A DNA stretch of 64,000 bases. Source: Macrostomum hystrix (lineage: Eukaryota > Animalia > Platyhelminthes). Every line of letters starts with the position of its first letter. Within the stretch, counting starts at the first letter, position 1. The stretch lies in NCBI GenBank assembly GCA_950097015.1, contig CATNEN010000015.1:1550001-1614000 (forward strand), given 5' to 3'. The notes beneath the pieces are model-generated. The model ran no database searches and had not been told where the DNA came from. It saw only the letters and a program-made list of their open reading frames with translations. The position numbers and the translations under genes were made by a program. Below are positions 37,101 through 49,355 of the stretch, in pieces.

Positions 37101-40100
37101 GCCATTGAATGTGCAGCTTCTTGTGCAGGTCTTCTGAGCGAAACAGTGCTTGGCACCTCCGTAGGTGGCGCTTCTGACTTGGGCATCGCCGTAGCCTGGC
37201 AGAGCCTCCGAGCAGGTGCACTTCGGCTCGGTCTTGAACAGTCCCTTCGACAGGCAGAACAGGTTCTGCTCGTCCAGGCTGCCAATGGTTTCGTTGCAGG
37301 GCAGCTCACACACCTTGAGCTCGGTGCAGCTGGTTGTGCAGCCACATCTGCAGCTGGCGTCAAAGCTGGCCTTGACGTCCTTGTCAGTCTGGGTTTGCCA
37401 AGTCGATTGACATGTCAGTCTTGTGCAATAAGACTAGCTACACAAAAGCTACACAAAAATCATTTTAATGCATATAAATAAGTAGCTAAAAAGCGGATAA
37501 CTTCTCCAGCAAATCTTCAAAGACTCATACCGGGTACTTCTTCTGGCAGGTCTCCATGCACTGCTTCTTCTCGACGTCGCCGATGGCCACGCTCTTGCAC
37601 TCGACCAGGGCCGCTGTGGTGCAGGAGCAGACGCGCTTGCATGATGTGCCAACGGCTGTCTCAATCCAGGTCTCGTTGATCTGGAAAATATGCAATAGTT
37701 CAACAATTGACTAATCAGTTCATAAGTGGTAGTTTTGGAAGAGTCGAAATAACTCGTATATAAAAACGATTGCTTCAAAATACGCACCGCCTTCTCCACC
37801 GTGCGGTTAGCAACAGGATCCAGGTAGTGGCACACCCGCTTGGGCGCAACAGTTGTCGTGGGAACGCCAGTTGTCGGCGGTCTTGTCACGCACGATGGGC
37901 AGCAGTCGGCTGTCACCATGGTGGAGCCAGCCTGTGGGGTGGGGACAGGTAAATTTAGTCACGAGTACAAAGTGGCGCTCACTCGAAAGACTCGACCATT
38001 CAAGCAACTTGGTCAAGATTTTTTTGCACCTACCGGACAGATAACGCTCTTGCAAGGAACGCGACCCAGGTTGGTGACAGTGTTATTGGCGCAGGTGTAC
38101 CGGATGCAGTCCACAACCCAGACCTCGCCAGCTGTGCGGATCTTGCCGTCAGGCGAACGGCAGGTGCAGTCCTCGGACTTGACGCAGTGGTTGGTAGAGT
38201 TCATTCGGTAGCCGGACGGGCACTGGCAGCCGCTCTCGCACGGGAACTTGCCCTCCGAGCTGCACTCGGGCTCAATGCTGTGGCACTTGCGGCACTTGCG
38301 CATGCAGTCGGACGACTCCATTGGCGGCGGGCACTTGGGTGTGGTTGTAGTCGGCGGCGCAGTGGTTGTTGTGACCACTCGCGTTGTGGTGGTGGTGCCG
38401 CACGAGCACTTGCAGCAGGCGTCGCCAGAGAAGTGCACAATGGAACAGCTGCTTCCACACTCGATGCTGCAGGACTTCTTGCGGAACCAGACGCCGGACT
38501 CGCACACCTGGCTGATGCACTCGCTGATGACCTGCTTGTCGCCATTGGCGCAGATCGGCTTGGTTGTTGGAGCGACAACTGTTGTGCTCACTTCGAAGCA
38601 GGCTGAGATAAGCAAGCCCGACACGGACGGGTTGACCTTGGCGTCAGCTGAGCGCGGCAGTGTCACTCTGACAGCGGTGGCGGAGACTCCGTCAACAGTG
38701 CCATTGCTAAAGCCGAGAGACACAACGCCGCTCGAAGACGGACCGGCGACCTGCTTGGAGTACCAGATATCACTGCCGCTGGTGAACTCGACTTCCACAG
38801 AGCGGGCGCCTGTGACGATCAGCTCCAGCTTGGTGATGATTGTTCGGCTGCCAGGGCGGGGTGTGATGGCAAACACCAGCCTCGGCTGAGCGTCCGATGA
38901 ATCCGGCGACCAGCTGCTTCCAGTCGGGGCGCCCTTCAAGGCCTTCAGCCGGTCGATGTTATTGCTGCTGGCGCGCATCTCGAACTTAGATCCGGAGTCG
39001 CTAGCCAGAGTGATCTCGTGATGCGTGCACTTGGTCAGGGTGGTTGTGGTCGGCGTGACAATCACGGTAGTTGTGGCCAGTCGCTCGCACTCGCAGCAGC
39101 GCGTCGGGTCACTGGGGAATTGACGCAGGATGTAGCCTGGCAAGCAGGTGACGTTGCACTGCTTGCTAGACGAGATCACACCCTTGGTGCAGGTGTAAAC
39201 GGCGCAGCCGGATCTCCAGGTGGAGCCCTCCGAGCGCTTCACGCCGTCTTTGTCCAGACAGCCAGTCGGGGGCGTTGTCGGGTTCACCTCGCAGCGGCAG
39301 CAGCTTCCGGCCGGCTGCACCAGCCTGTAGCCGGGTGCGCAGGTGGTCAGCTCGCAGATTGGCACGCAGGTTCTCGCGCAGTTCAGCTGGTATTGGCAGT
39401 TCTTGTCGCAGTCGGCGCCCTTGACGCGGAACACCCGACCCAGCGGCTGGTTGTCCGGCTTGCAGACACACTCGGTTTCGCTGACGCAGGTGCCAGCAGC
39501 AGACAGGATCTTACCCTCCGAGCACACCTTCGACTTGTCCAGGCAGCACTTGCCCTCGGAGTCTGGCCGGACGCCATCGGGCAGTTTGCAGGTGCCTCGG
39601 CCGGCCAGCACGTCGTCGCAGGTTCGGGTGCATCGGCAGTCGACGCGCTCCATTCCTGCGGCGCAGACTGGCGTTGTCGGCACCGGCGTTGTTGTGGTGG
39701 TTGTGCTGCACAATGGGCAGCACTTTCCGGACACGGAGATGGCCTTGCTGCCAGGCGGGCAGGTAGTTGAGCACTTGGGCGAGCACTTAATGTCATTGTT
39801 GGCGCACTCGCATACCTGGCAGTCGACCTCCCACTTCTCACCGGGCTGAAAAACATAGGCGAAAACATCGTGTTTTCATATAAAATAAGAAGCAAATGTA
39901 CTTCATATCTTACTAAGGTCTCGGCAGTAATGCGCATGGTCATGTGTACTCAGGAGTCACGCAATTGGCGCGTGAAAATTGCGCCCCCAACCTCCTGCTC
40001 CCGCAGCGGTGCGCAAAAAAACATTTTTTACTCTTGGCGCAGGAAAAGCATTGTAAACTGAGACAATGGAAATTTAATCCGCCCGCGTTGCTAAAATATT

Positions 40101-43100
40101 TTCCCGTCTGTCCCGGGAATCAATTACCACCACTTGATTTTTCTTTCTCTTACATTTGTCGCCGCGCAGCTGCCCGCTGGGTGTGCCGCCATATGGTGAC
40201 CGCGCTGCCAGGAGCCTCCCCACTACACCTGACAGGCCCAGAGCTGCCGCTGCGCACCGCCTCCTCACCTTCCTCAGGGCGAGGGGAAACCTCTCGAAAG
40301 ACAATTCAATTTTTCCAACGCAGAAAACTGTCGAAATTTTCTTCTAACTAAATTTGAAACCACCCACGCGTCGTTTCGATGCGAAATGTATTATTAACTA
40401 GCATTACAATTTTGTATCTCAACTTTCAAAACAAGCTGAGAATGACTAAGCTGATTAAAATTAGGATTTACCTTTCGCAGCGCCTTGGCCACATTATCGT
40501 AGCACATGCAGTGCGCCTCAGGCACGCATTTCTCGCCGTCGGAGACCATGCCAGCTGGGCAGACGCAGCCGCTGACACAGTCGAACTCGGACGCCGAGCA
40601 GCCAGACGGGTTCGTGTAGCGCTGGTAGTGGCACCGCTTGGGGCACTTCGGCGCGCAGTCGACGCGCATCTTCGGCGCCGGGCAGGACGCCGTGGAAGTG
40701 GTGGTCAGCGGAGTTGTTGTCGTTGGCGGCAGCGTGGCTGGCTCGGTGGTGGTACAGTTGCCATGGCAGCAGTGCTCATCGTCACCGAACATGCACTCGC
40801 GGTTGCCGTCGCAGCGCTTGGCGCAGTATCTGCGCTCACCTCGGCAGATGATCAGGCCCGGCCCGGTACAGAATGCTGAATCGAGGAAAGGCTCAGATAA
40901 TACATTCTAGACTATTGCAGGCTTTTGGAAGCGGACAAATTAAATAGACTCAGTCTAACCTGTTGTAGTCGGTGCCACGGTGGTTGGGAATGTGGCGCAG
41001 TCGCCCAGGTAGTACGGCTTGCAGTCCATTTTGCCGGCATTGCAGGTGCACTCCTGGCACTTGTGGATGATCTTCTTACCGTAGGCCAGCTTCTTGCCGT
41101 CCACGATGCAGCTGCACTCCTCGCGCTTCTTGCACACGCCGTCTTCCAGGAACTCGCCGTCCTGGCAGAAGCAGCCCTCGACGCAGGTGCTCTTGCAGTC
41201 GGAGGTGATGCTCTGACCCTTGGACAGGTCGATGCAGCGCTGGGGACAAGTCGAGCCGCAACGCTTGTAGACCATGGTCTTGGGGCACATGACGGCTGCA
41301 AGATTGTGCGCATTCGATCATGTCAAATTCAGCTTTTTCAGTATGTACTGCGAAGGTCTTCAATAACGAAAAACTTACGGCAGTCGTCAGGATTTCTCCA
41401 TGCGATCTTGACGCCCATCTCGTTACAGCGCAGCACGTACTGGGACACGGCCGTACAGTAGCAGAGACAGTCATCGAGCTTGCAGGCGCAGGTGTCCATG
41501 ACGCACTTGTCGTAAAACTCGCTGACCTCCACCTTGGAGTGGCAGGATTTGAACTCGGCACTGCGAAGGATGCTGCACTTCTTCTCAGACCATCGCTTTC
41601 TCTCGCTGGAGCAGGGCGCGATTGGCGTCGGTGGCGGCTTCGGGCAGGTGTTGCGCACCTTCCACGAGTCGGCAAAGGCGACCTTGTCCTCAACAACCTC
41701 GCCAGTGCGGGCTCGCAGATCGTCGTCGCGCTTGTTATTGAAGTTGCCACAAAGACCGCAGACCTTCTCCATCCAGTTGGGCTGCAGGGTGACGGACACC
41801 TTCATCTTCATGTCCCACTGGACTTCGATACCGTCTTCGGTGCGGAAGAACAGGAAGAAACCGGCCGGGTAGATCTCGTACTTGGCCTTCGGCAGGGTGA
41901 CTGGCCAGTAGAGGTTTCGGCTGATGATGGGGTCAGTGCCGCGAACCAGGTGGACAACCACATCTCTGTAGGTGATCTTCACCGACTTGGTGCAGGACAT
42001 GCCCTCTGCGCCGCACTTGATGTTCTCACCGGTGATGCGGAAGGTGCCAGCAGTGCCGCCGCAGTAGTCCTCGGCCAGCACGTAGCTGCAGGTGCCCATA
42101 AAGTCGTAGTAGCGACCGTCGAAGGTCTCGTAGTGAGGATCACCCCAGACTCGGCAGGTGCTCGGGCACTTGTTGTTGGTACACTGCCAGCTACCTTTGC
42201 GGCACATGCAGTAGTTGTAGCAGCGGGTGCTGCCTCGTGGCACCACGGAGTTCTCGGCGTACACCTGGCCAGCCATGGCGCACGGACAGTTGTCCTTGTC
42301 GACGCACTTGCCCTGGTGAAGAACCTGACCCTCGCGGCAAACGCAACCGCCATGCTTGCAGGAGGACTTCGGGCACTCGATGTTGATGTTCTCGCAGGAG
42401 CGCTGGCAGTCGCTGCACTCAGACCAGACCATACCAGCCGGACAGGTGTTGCTGACGGTGCAGGTCAGATTGGTGCACTCCCACTTGCCATCGCGGCAAG
42501 TGCAGTTGTTGCACTTGTCCTTTCGTGCCTCACCGTTGTTGTAGGAGACTCCGTTGAACATGCACTTGCACTGGTTTCGGGGAACGCAGGTTCCCTTCTC
42601 CTCATCCAGAGCCTGGCCCGACGGGCACTGGCAGCCCTCGACGCACTCCTCGATGCAGGGCGACGCCTCCACTCGTCTGCAAGTCTTGCCGCAGTTGCTG
42701 CCGCACTCCTGGTACTCCATGGTTGGCGGGCACTTCACCGGGCACAGGGAATCTGAGCGCCAGTTCAGCACCTTGCCGTCCAGGGCGCAGGATCGGGCGT
42801 ACGAGGCGAACGCTGTGCACTCGCACTGGGACATGGCGCCCTTGCGCCTGGCGCCACAGCTGCACACGTCGTGCTTGCACTGCTCCAAAGCCCATTTGGG
42901 GTCCACGCGTGAGTGGCAGGCCTTGAAGACGGACTCGGTGTACAGCCTGTTGCACACTGTGGTGGCGTAGGTGTCGAACTCTTTGCTGGTGGCGCAAGCG
43001 CCGTTGTACACATACCTGGTCATTGCGTCGCAAGTCGGATTTGTCTTCCAAGACTTGGCAAACTCGCCAACATCCTTGATATCAATACCAGTCGGCGAGA

Positions 43101-46100
43101 TGGTGTCGTCCTTCATGTCGTTGTTGAAGTTGCCGCACAGACCCGTCACCTTGTTGCGGTAGGCCTGGCTGAGTCGGATCTGGATGCGAGTGCGGCCGTT
43201 CCAGAGCAGGTCGAATCCCTTGTTGGTCTCAACGCGGAGCATGCTGGTGGACACCAGGCGGATGGTAACGTCATTCACGGTTACGGGCAGGCTAACGTAG
43301 GCTGAGTTAACCTTGACACGGTCGAAGCTCTCCAGCTTAATGGTGTGCTGCTTTTCGCCGGAGCCCATCTGCAGAGTGACAAGCTTGGCGCACAGGACAT
43401 CCGTGACGCTGTTGCAGTACTTGTTCTCTACGTAAACCGCCACTGGATAGTCCAGAGAGTCAGAGGCGGACGGCTGCGGCATCATCATGATGTACTCGCA
43501 GTGGCCCTCAAAGCTGAAGTGCCTGCCGTCGAAGGTCCTGTAGGTGGGGTCGCCGGACACTGTGCAATAGCCGTAGCACTCGTCAGTTGGTGAGCACTTC
43601 CAAGTGCCGCCCCGGTCGCAGACGCACTGCTCGCACTTGTGGAAGTACTTGGAGCCGACTGGGAAGCTGCGACTGTCTCCAGCCCGTTTGCAGGGGCAGT
43701 TGTCTCGGACAACGCACTTGTGGCCGTCCCAGAACCGGCCGGCTGGGCAGAAGCACCCGTCAACGCAGTAGCTGCCGCACTCCTCATCCACCGCATTTGT
43801 GCCGCACCTCTGGTTGCAGTCGTGGCTGCACTCGCTGAATACCTTGCCGTCTGAACACTTTGGTGCCGCTGAAATATTAACAAAAACAGAATATAACTAG
43901 TCAGAACTACTCAGTCAGAACTACTCAGTCAGAACTACTCAGTCTCAGAACTTCTTAGTCTCAGAACTACTCTCTGAACTACTCAGACACACTAACTATC
44001 AATGAGTGGGTGGCATTTCAACTCACGGCACAGGTTGCTCTGCCTCCAGTTGATCACGATGCCCTGCTGAGTGCAGGCTCTGGAGAACAGAGTGGCCGAG
44101 TTGCACCTCTGCGCGCTGCAGAATGTCTCGTTGCCGTTCAGCATGCAGGTGCAGACGTCCTTCATGCACATGGACTCGTACACGCTACTGTTGACGCGGC
44201 CGTGGCAGGCGGAGAAAGTGGCGCTGCCGGATCGCAGGATTGAGCACAGGCTCTGAGCAGACTCCAGCAGGCCTGTAGACCTAGAGCGCAGCACGGCGCA
44301 TGGGTGCTCAGCATCGGCCCGAATCAGTGGGTAGACGCTTCTGTCCTCCGGCGACTCGTCGCGCCAGGCCTTGGCGAAGTCAACCACGCGGGTGAGCGGC
44401 TTGTTCATCAGGTCTGTGAAGTCGTTGCCCGGCTTGCCGTCGAACCGGCCGCAGAGGCCGCACACGGTGCGCGACATGGTCCTGGGCGCGTACACGTTGA
44501 TGTTGCGGTCACCATCGAAGGTGATGGCCAGGTCTGTTGACGGTAGGTCCGTGGCATTTATTTAATCATTCTAATTAAGCTATTTAAATACGTGGTGGCA
44601 TTGAAAAACATTTCACGCGTTCATAACCAACCGTCAAGACCACGAACGGTGATGTGGTTCGCAGTGTTGGACACCGATATGATGCCGGCAATTGTTGGCA
44701 TCTCCACTGGCTTGCCGTTGACCAGCACGCTGCCACCTGGCATGATCTCAACCTTGGCTGGACCGGCCAGGATCTTCAGCGACATCTGGCAGCGGGTCTG
44801 GGCGGCGTCGGCGCAGTTGCGGCTGCCGTTGATGAAGACTTGGTACTTGGCCTCGCTGTTGACGCAATCCTGCAGCAGGACGTAGGAGCCGTGCACCGGG
44901 AAGTCAAAGTACTTGCCATCGAATGTGAGGAAGTGGCTGCTGCGAAAGGCGCTGCACACGGCGCTGCTTCTGTAGCGCGTGTTGTTCACGGCTGAACGGA
45001 GAGTTGCATTGTTTGAGTGATGTCATAACTAGGTAGCTATTTATAGCGACAGCAGCAAACGGTGATTCATTGAAATGAGATCTCTCACCTCTCACGGCCA
45101 CAAAGGCGGTGGAGTCAGCGGCGTACAGAGCGGCCACCTGGCACAGGTCGCCATGGTAACCATCTGGGCAGCGGCACTTGTTGGGCGCTAGGCAGGTGCC
45201 AACCGAGTTGCAGTTGTTCTCGCACAGCGCTGTTTAAGAGGCAACAGTTTTGTGTTAATAGAGATTGCACGTTAATTTACCTTTGGCTTTATAGCGTTCA
45301 TCAGACTTAGGCACTTACGCAGCTCGCACTTGGTGCCCCGGTAGCCCAGGTTGCAGACGCAGCTGCCGCTGACGCACTTGCCGTTGGAGCCGCAGCCGCC
45401 AACGCAGACGCTGGCCGTTGTGGTGGCCACCCGCTGGCACTGATCGCCGTCGAAGCCGGCGGCGCAGCGGCAGGTGTTGGGTGCGATGCAGACGCCGCCG
45501 TTAGCGCACTCCTTGGCGCAGACGGCTGCAAACGGTCAAGGCGGCGTTTGAGATTGCGCTCAATATACTACTGTTTGAGTAGAATAATTCTCCTGATTAA
45601 AATACAGGACTTTAAGAAGCATTCTATCTCCTCGAAAATAAACAACAAATGTGACGTCCTGTCCGAACACTTACGCGAGTTGCAAGTGGCGCCCCTCCAG
45701 CCGGCGCTGCAGCTGCAGTTGTTGGGCGCAACGCACATGCCGTTGTCGCACTTCGGACTGCAGACGGCCTCAGAGCAGCTGGACCCGATCCAGCCCGGGC
45801 AGCAGGTACGGAATTTTCTGGGTGGGGACAAAGGCGGAGGATTTAGGCGGTTTATATCTAATCATTTTACTTCCGTTTGCTCTTATGAACGAAATTCAGT
45901 TTCAATAACTATTAAATTTTGCACTGAAAAAATACGAGCCGTAATTCTGCATCGCAAAAATTATTTTTGAACGCTCGAAGACTAAAATTTATGACAGCTA
46001 ACTCTAGGACACAATAAATTTCAGTAATTAAGTACTGTGCCATGATTTCAAGGCTAAAACTGTGTAAAATTCGTTCTCCTGAATTGACTCAGCTTAACTT

Positions 46101-46613
46101 GCCTTTCAATTCGGCACCTAGTTTGACTTCACGAGACTAAAAGCGCGCGGGAAGCGGACTTTAGTATATTCGACTAGCTAATTTCGACCCCTTAATAGAG
46201 TATCATTAATGCTACCAATGAGATAAGCTCTGATTTACTGACTTTCTGATCGAAATATTCAACAAGTAAGAGGAGCTTCAACCAAGACCAGGTGTTGCAT
46301 CAGAGCACTCACATCAGCACCCGGCAGTTAATGCGATCGGCATGGGTGGACAGCACCGTGTAGCCCTTGTCCTTGGCGTCCGAGCACTTCACAAAGTCTT
46401 CAGTTCGCGTGCCATTGCAGAAGTTGTCGCGGCTCATGCTGCCCATGGCACTGGCGGCTGATGAGCAGTACCTGAGTGATGTCACGGGGTTGATAATCGC
46501 TCAGATGCATAGACTAGCTAGAATAACAGAAGAGCAAAGTTATGATTGGCAATTTAAACTTACAACAGCACTGCTGAGAGCAGCAGAGCACTTGGGTACC
46601 TGCCAGGTCCCAT
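18825..46613 (-). CDS. Giant secreted gel-forming mucin / hemolectin-SCO-spondin superfamily protein, 27 exons, 24,042 nt CDS (about 8,013 aa)
   Basis: Exons (minus): 46613-46564, 46471-46313, 45817-45675, 45525-45319, 45229-45089, 44991-44632, 44533-44027, 43868-41379, 41295-40960, 40875-40472, 39845-38034, 37931-37788, 37680-37531, 37388-37089, 36899-36540, 36441-35907, 35817-32630, 32490-31707, 31586-31077, 30963-30067, 29980-26030, 25938-25718, 25619-22890, 22804-20414, 20329-20224, 20083-18986, 18892-18825; all GT-AG and phase-consistent. Signal peptide MGPGRYPSALLLSAVLLYCSSAASA, EMI-like CCPGW, 4 EGF, 3 VWD (TFDG...GLCG), C8/TIL, LDLa, Thr-rich linkers and a terminal CTCK. Confidence 0.9.
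41379..44991 (-). other. Three VWD-C8-TIL assemblies (D1-D2-D'-D3-like)
   Basis: CSAFRSSHFLTFDG...CGLCGRFDG; CTVSGDPTYRTFDG...TGLCGNFNN; CRVWGDPHYETFDG...CGLCGNFNN; each is followed by C8- and TIL-like cysteine patterns. Confidence 0.92.
43903..43985. repeat. Short 14-bp intronic tandem repeat
   Basis: TCAGAACTACTCAG, about 5 copies. Confidence 0.8.
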
Positions 46614-46836
46614 TTGAGCTGCTCTGAGAATAGACTGAAAGTTTGATTGAACTTTCGTAAAGTTAAGCCTCCTCTGATTGCAGACTCGTGGAATCGTCCG
46701 AGGATTATCGCTGGGAAACTGCGAAGTTAAGTGAATCACTTCTGTGTGAATGAGCAAAGAGCCTTCGCTCCCAAAGTCCGCGCGTTGGGAGTGAGTCGCT
46801 GGTCCAAGAATGCTGCGGAGGCGCTGGCGGCGAGAG

Positions 46837-46843
46837 TTTTATA
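46837..46843 (-). promoter_or_regulatory. Candidate TATA box of the mucin gene
   Basis: TATAAAA on the minus strand in a GC-rich context, about 230 nt upstream of the ATG, with an Inr-like CATT about 32 nt downstream. Confidence 0.55.
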
Positions 46844-48245
46844 AAGATTCGCGGGCCGCGGGCTGCGGAAACCAGATAGCCTTTTTCGACTGGCAAGCGT
46901 GGGGTGGTGGGGAGAACTCAACTCTGTTTCTCCTACTCTCGCTCTCACTGATAGCCGTCAGAGGGGAATAATAGCTGAGGATAAAAGTTGAAGAATTCAG
47001 CGAAATTTTATCTGCACACTTCGAACCCCCAGAGCAGGCAGCAACACGTGTTCTCCAGATGTTGGTCTCATTTCTCGCTGCCGATGCTCCCTATCTCCCA
47101 CCTCCACCTTGCCCAGTGGTAAGGCAAAGTCCCTAAAGTCTCCTCGATTTCTCCACCCTGGCTGATCTCAACTCCGCTGGGCGGGCGGAGATGAGCGCTT
47201 TGGCTCGCATTTTTCGACCAAACTTTGGCTTTGAAATTCTGTCTCTCTCTTATTGAATTTCGCTCGGTTCAGCACAGTTGCCTCACTCTGCCGCTGCTGC
47301 TGCTCCTCTAGAAGCCACGAGAGGGTAGAGCAAGAATGTGCGAGAGCGAACAGGGCGCAGAACATTTTGTCCACTATTTGTTAGTCTTCTCGTCTTTCAG
47401 TTTTACCTCGGCGCTGGCTAGAAAATTCTGCTTAACAGTTAAGAAAAAGTGCTGCAACTTCAGTTTGCATTGTCTGACGCAATACTTCCTCACAATGGCC
47501 AAGCTGGAGCAGAGTCCAGCTATGCCACTTAAAAAACAGAGTTAAGAAGAATATTTTAAATCGATTTTTCACCTTTCCCGATTGCCTAATGTCAGGCCCG
47601 TGAGCAATTAAGAACTCAAAATAGCTTTTCAATTCGAGGAGTTGAGAAGTGCAGACGTGCGAAAATTGTGAAATAGGAGGAAATGCAAGATTGATATTTA
47701 TGAGCTGAAGCTTGTGTCATTTTGGAAATGCTTTTCGAACCAGTAAAAATGCATTTCATTAAGCCCAGAGGGAGCACTGTTATCTCTAATTTGTGTGCTC
47801 AGGGATTGATTCTTGCTTGATTTTTAACTCACTAAATTCCAACTAGAAAAATATTGCATTGAAAAGCTAGAAAAGGTTGGTTTTGTGTGCATTCAAAGGA
47901 CAAGACTTCTGTTGCTATTTTAGGAAAGAAATTCTGCTTGGCTCAGCGCGGTAAATTTGAGACGGCCGCCAGTTTGTGGTTCAGTTGCTGTTTTTGTGGT
48001 TGCAGTTAAACAGCAGTTGTTGACGGTGAAACAAAATACTGGAAACCAATGGCAGAAGAAATTGTTTACTGGACCTTTGCGAGGTATCAGCAAAACATGT
48101 TTTTATCCTGAATGGATCTTGTTGAAGAACATTCCAATTTTAGAATATGCAAAAGTTCGTTAACAAATATGAGAAATTAACTAGTAGCTCAAGCCCCACC
48201 CTTTGATGGAACGGAAAATGAAATCTATTCATTGCGTTCGCTAGT

Positions 48246-48586
48246 GTTGGGGTCAGCGGCAGAGCGTCTAACCTGTTTGCCCCTCGCACCAATGTCCCTG
48301 AGCTCGATTCCGCGGCGAGGCCACATTCATTTGGGGCGTGGGGGCTTGTCATGCAACTTACGCCCTTGAGGGCCAACCTCCAAGCCACAGTGAGAGTGTA
48401 CACTGTCTGACGATGAGAAAGTCAGGCGAGATGTACACACCCGTGTGAGCGTGTGCCTGCGTACCATATCTGTGTGCGTGTGTGCTCAGTCAGCGAAATG
48501 GGCAGAATTGCCTCCTCGCTGGCTGCGGGTCTAGTGTCACTAAATGATGTGCCATTGCCCGCAGCCCTCCTGCAATTATTACTCAT
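48246..48586 (+). mobile_element. tRNA-derived SINE family A, copy 2, with a 15-bp target-site duplication
   Basis: Flanked by ATTGCGTTCGCTAGT at 48231-48245 and 48587-48601. A and B boxes and family body present. Confidence 0.92.
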
Positions 48587-48769
48587 ATTGCGTTCGCTAG
48601 TAGGTATAATCTAGTGCACGAGCATGCACGAGCCGCATCATTCTATCGCACAGTTTAGGGAAGTAGATCCCTTCAGAGAGACCGAGATAATAAGACACTA
48701 AAGGATTGAATGAAGGACACTAATTACGACTACGAGCGCAAATCTTTCTTTTCCTTGGCTGTTTTTAGC

Positions 48770-49190
48770 TACAATATACCAATATTGATAGGTATTGTTC
48801 CTAGGCACTACACGCCTCGACGTCTTACCTCGTTTCAGCCCTCTGCAGCCTATCCATATTGTAGTTAGCCTACGCGTGTTGAAACTAACGGCAGCCCGCC
48901 CTCTGCTGTTGTCTATGGTCGAATGCCATAGATAAGCACAGCGGGCGGGCCGTGAAACGCGTTTCAAGCCCGCTAACTACAATATACCAAATATTGATAG
49001 GCTGCAGAGCGCTATACGCCTCGACGTTTAACCTCGTTTCAGCCCGAGCAGCCTGTGTTGTAGTTAGCGGGCGTGAAACGCGTTTCACGGCCCGCCCGCT
49101 GTGCATATATTTGGAATTTGACCATAGACAACAGCAGAGGGCGGGCTGCCGTTAGTTTCAACCTCGTTTCAACACGCATAGGCTAAATAC
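48770..49190. repeat. Nested inverted/direct repeat (foldback or MITE-like) element
   Basis: About 125-bp inverted arms at 48860-48983 and 49058-49190, each containing the palindrome TGAAACGCGTTTCA, plus about 90-bp direct repeats at about 48772 and 48981. Confidence 0.8.
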
Positions 49191-49355
49191 AACTCCGGTT
49201 CTGATGGTCTCCATAATCTGTTTTGGCATCAATCTACTCAAATTGTCACACCATATTCGAAGCTCAAGTGTCTGTGGCCGAAACCTAATCGGCTCAAAGT
49301 CTCGCAAATAATCAGATCTATCAATAAGAATGTTGCCGCCGCATTCAATTGAAAA

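Noticed and set aside
46501-46503. Apparent in-frame TGA in the mucin signal peptide (possible selenocysteine or readthrough)
   Set aside because: It appears only if the acceptor at 46514 is used. The acceptor at 46472 gives an uninterrupted signal peptide ending ASA.
18825-46613. Naming the giant protein SCO-spondin, hemolectin or a known Macrostomum adhesive protein
   Set aside because: No TSP1 (WxxWxxCS) repeats, no Lys/Arg-rich core, and far more discoidin-like modules than those proteins. Orthology needs a phylogeny, so no symbol was given.
47168-47374. ORF MDKMFCALFALAHS... as the mucin's first exon
   Set aside because: It starts at GTG, has no usable donor, and lies upstream of a good TATA, ATG and signal-peptide exon at 46613.
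48398-48425. Hammerhead ribozyme in SINE family A (CTGACGA...GAAA GTC)
   Set aside because: Only 3 nt separate the core words, there is no stem III, and the motif is explained by a simple hairpin. Kept only as a hairpin finding.
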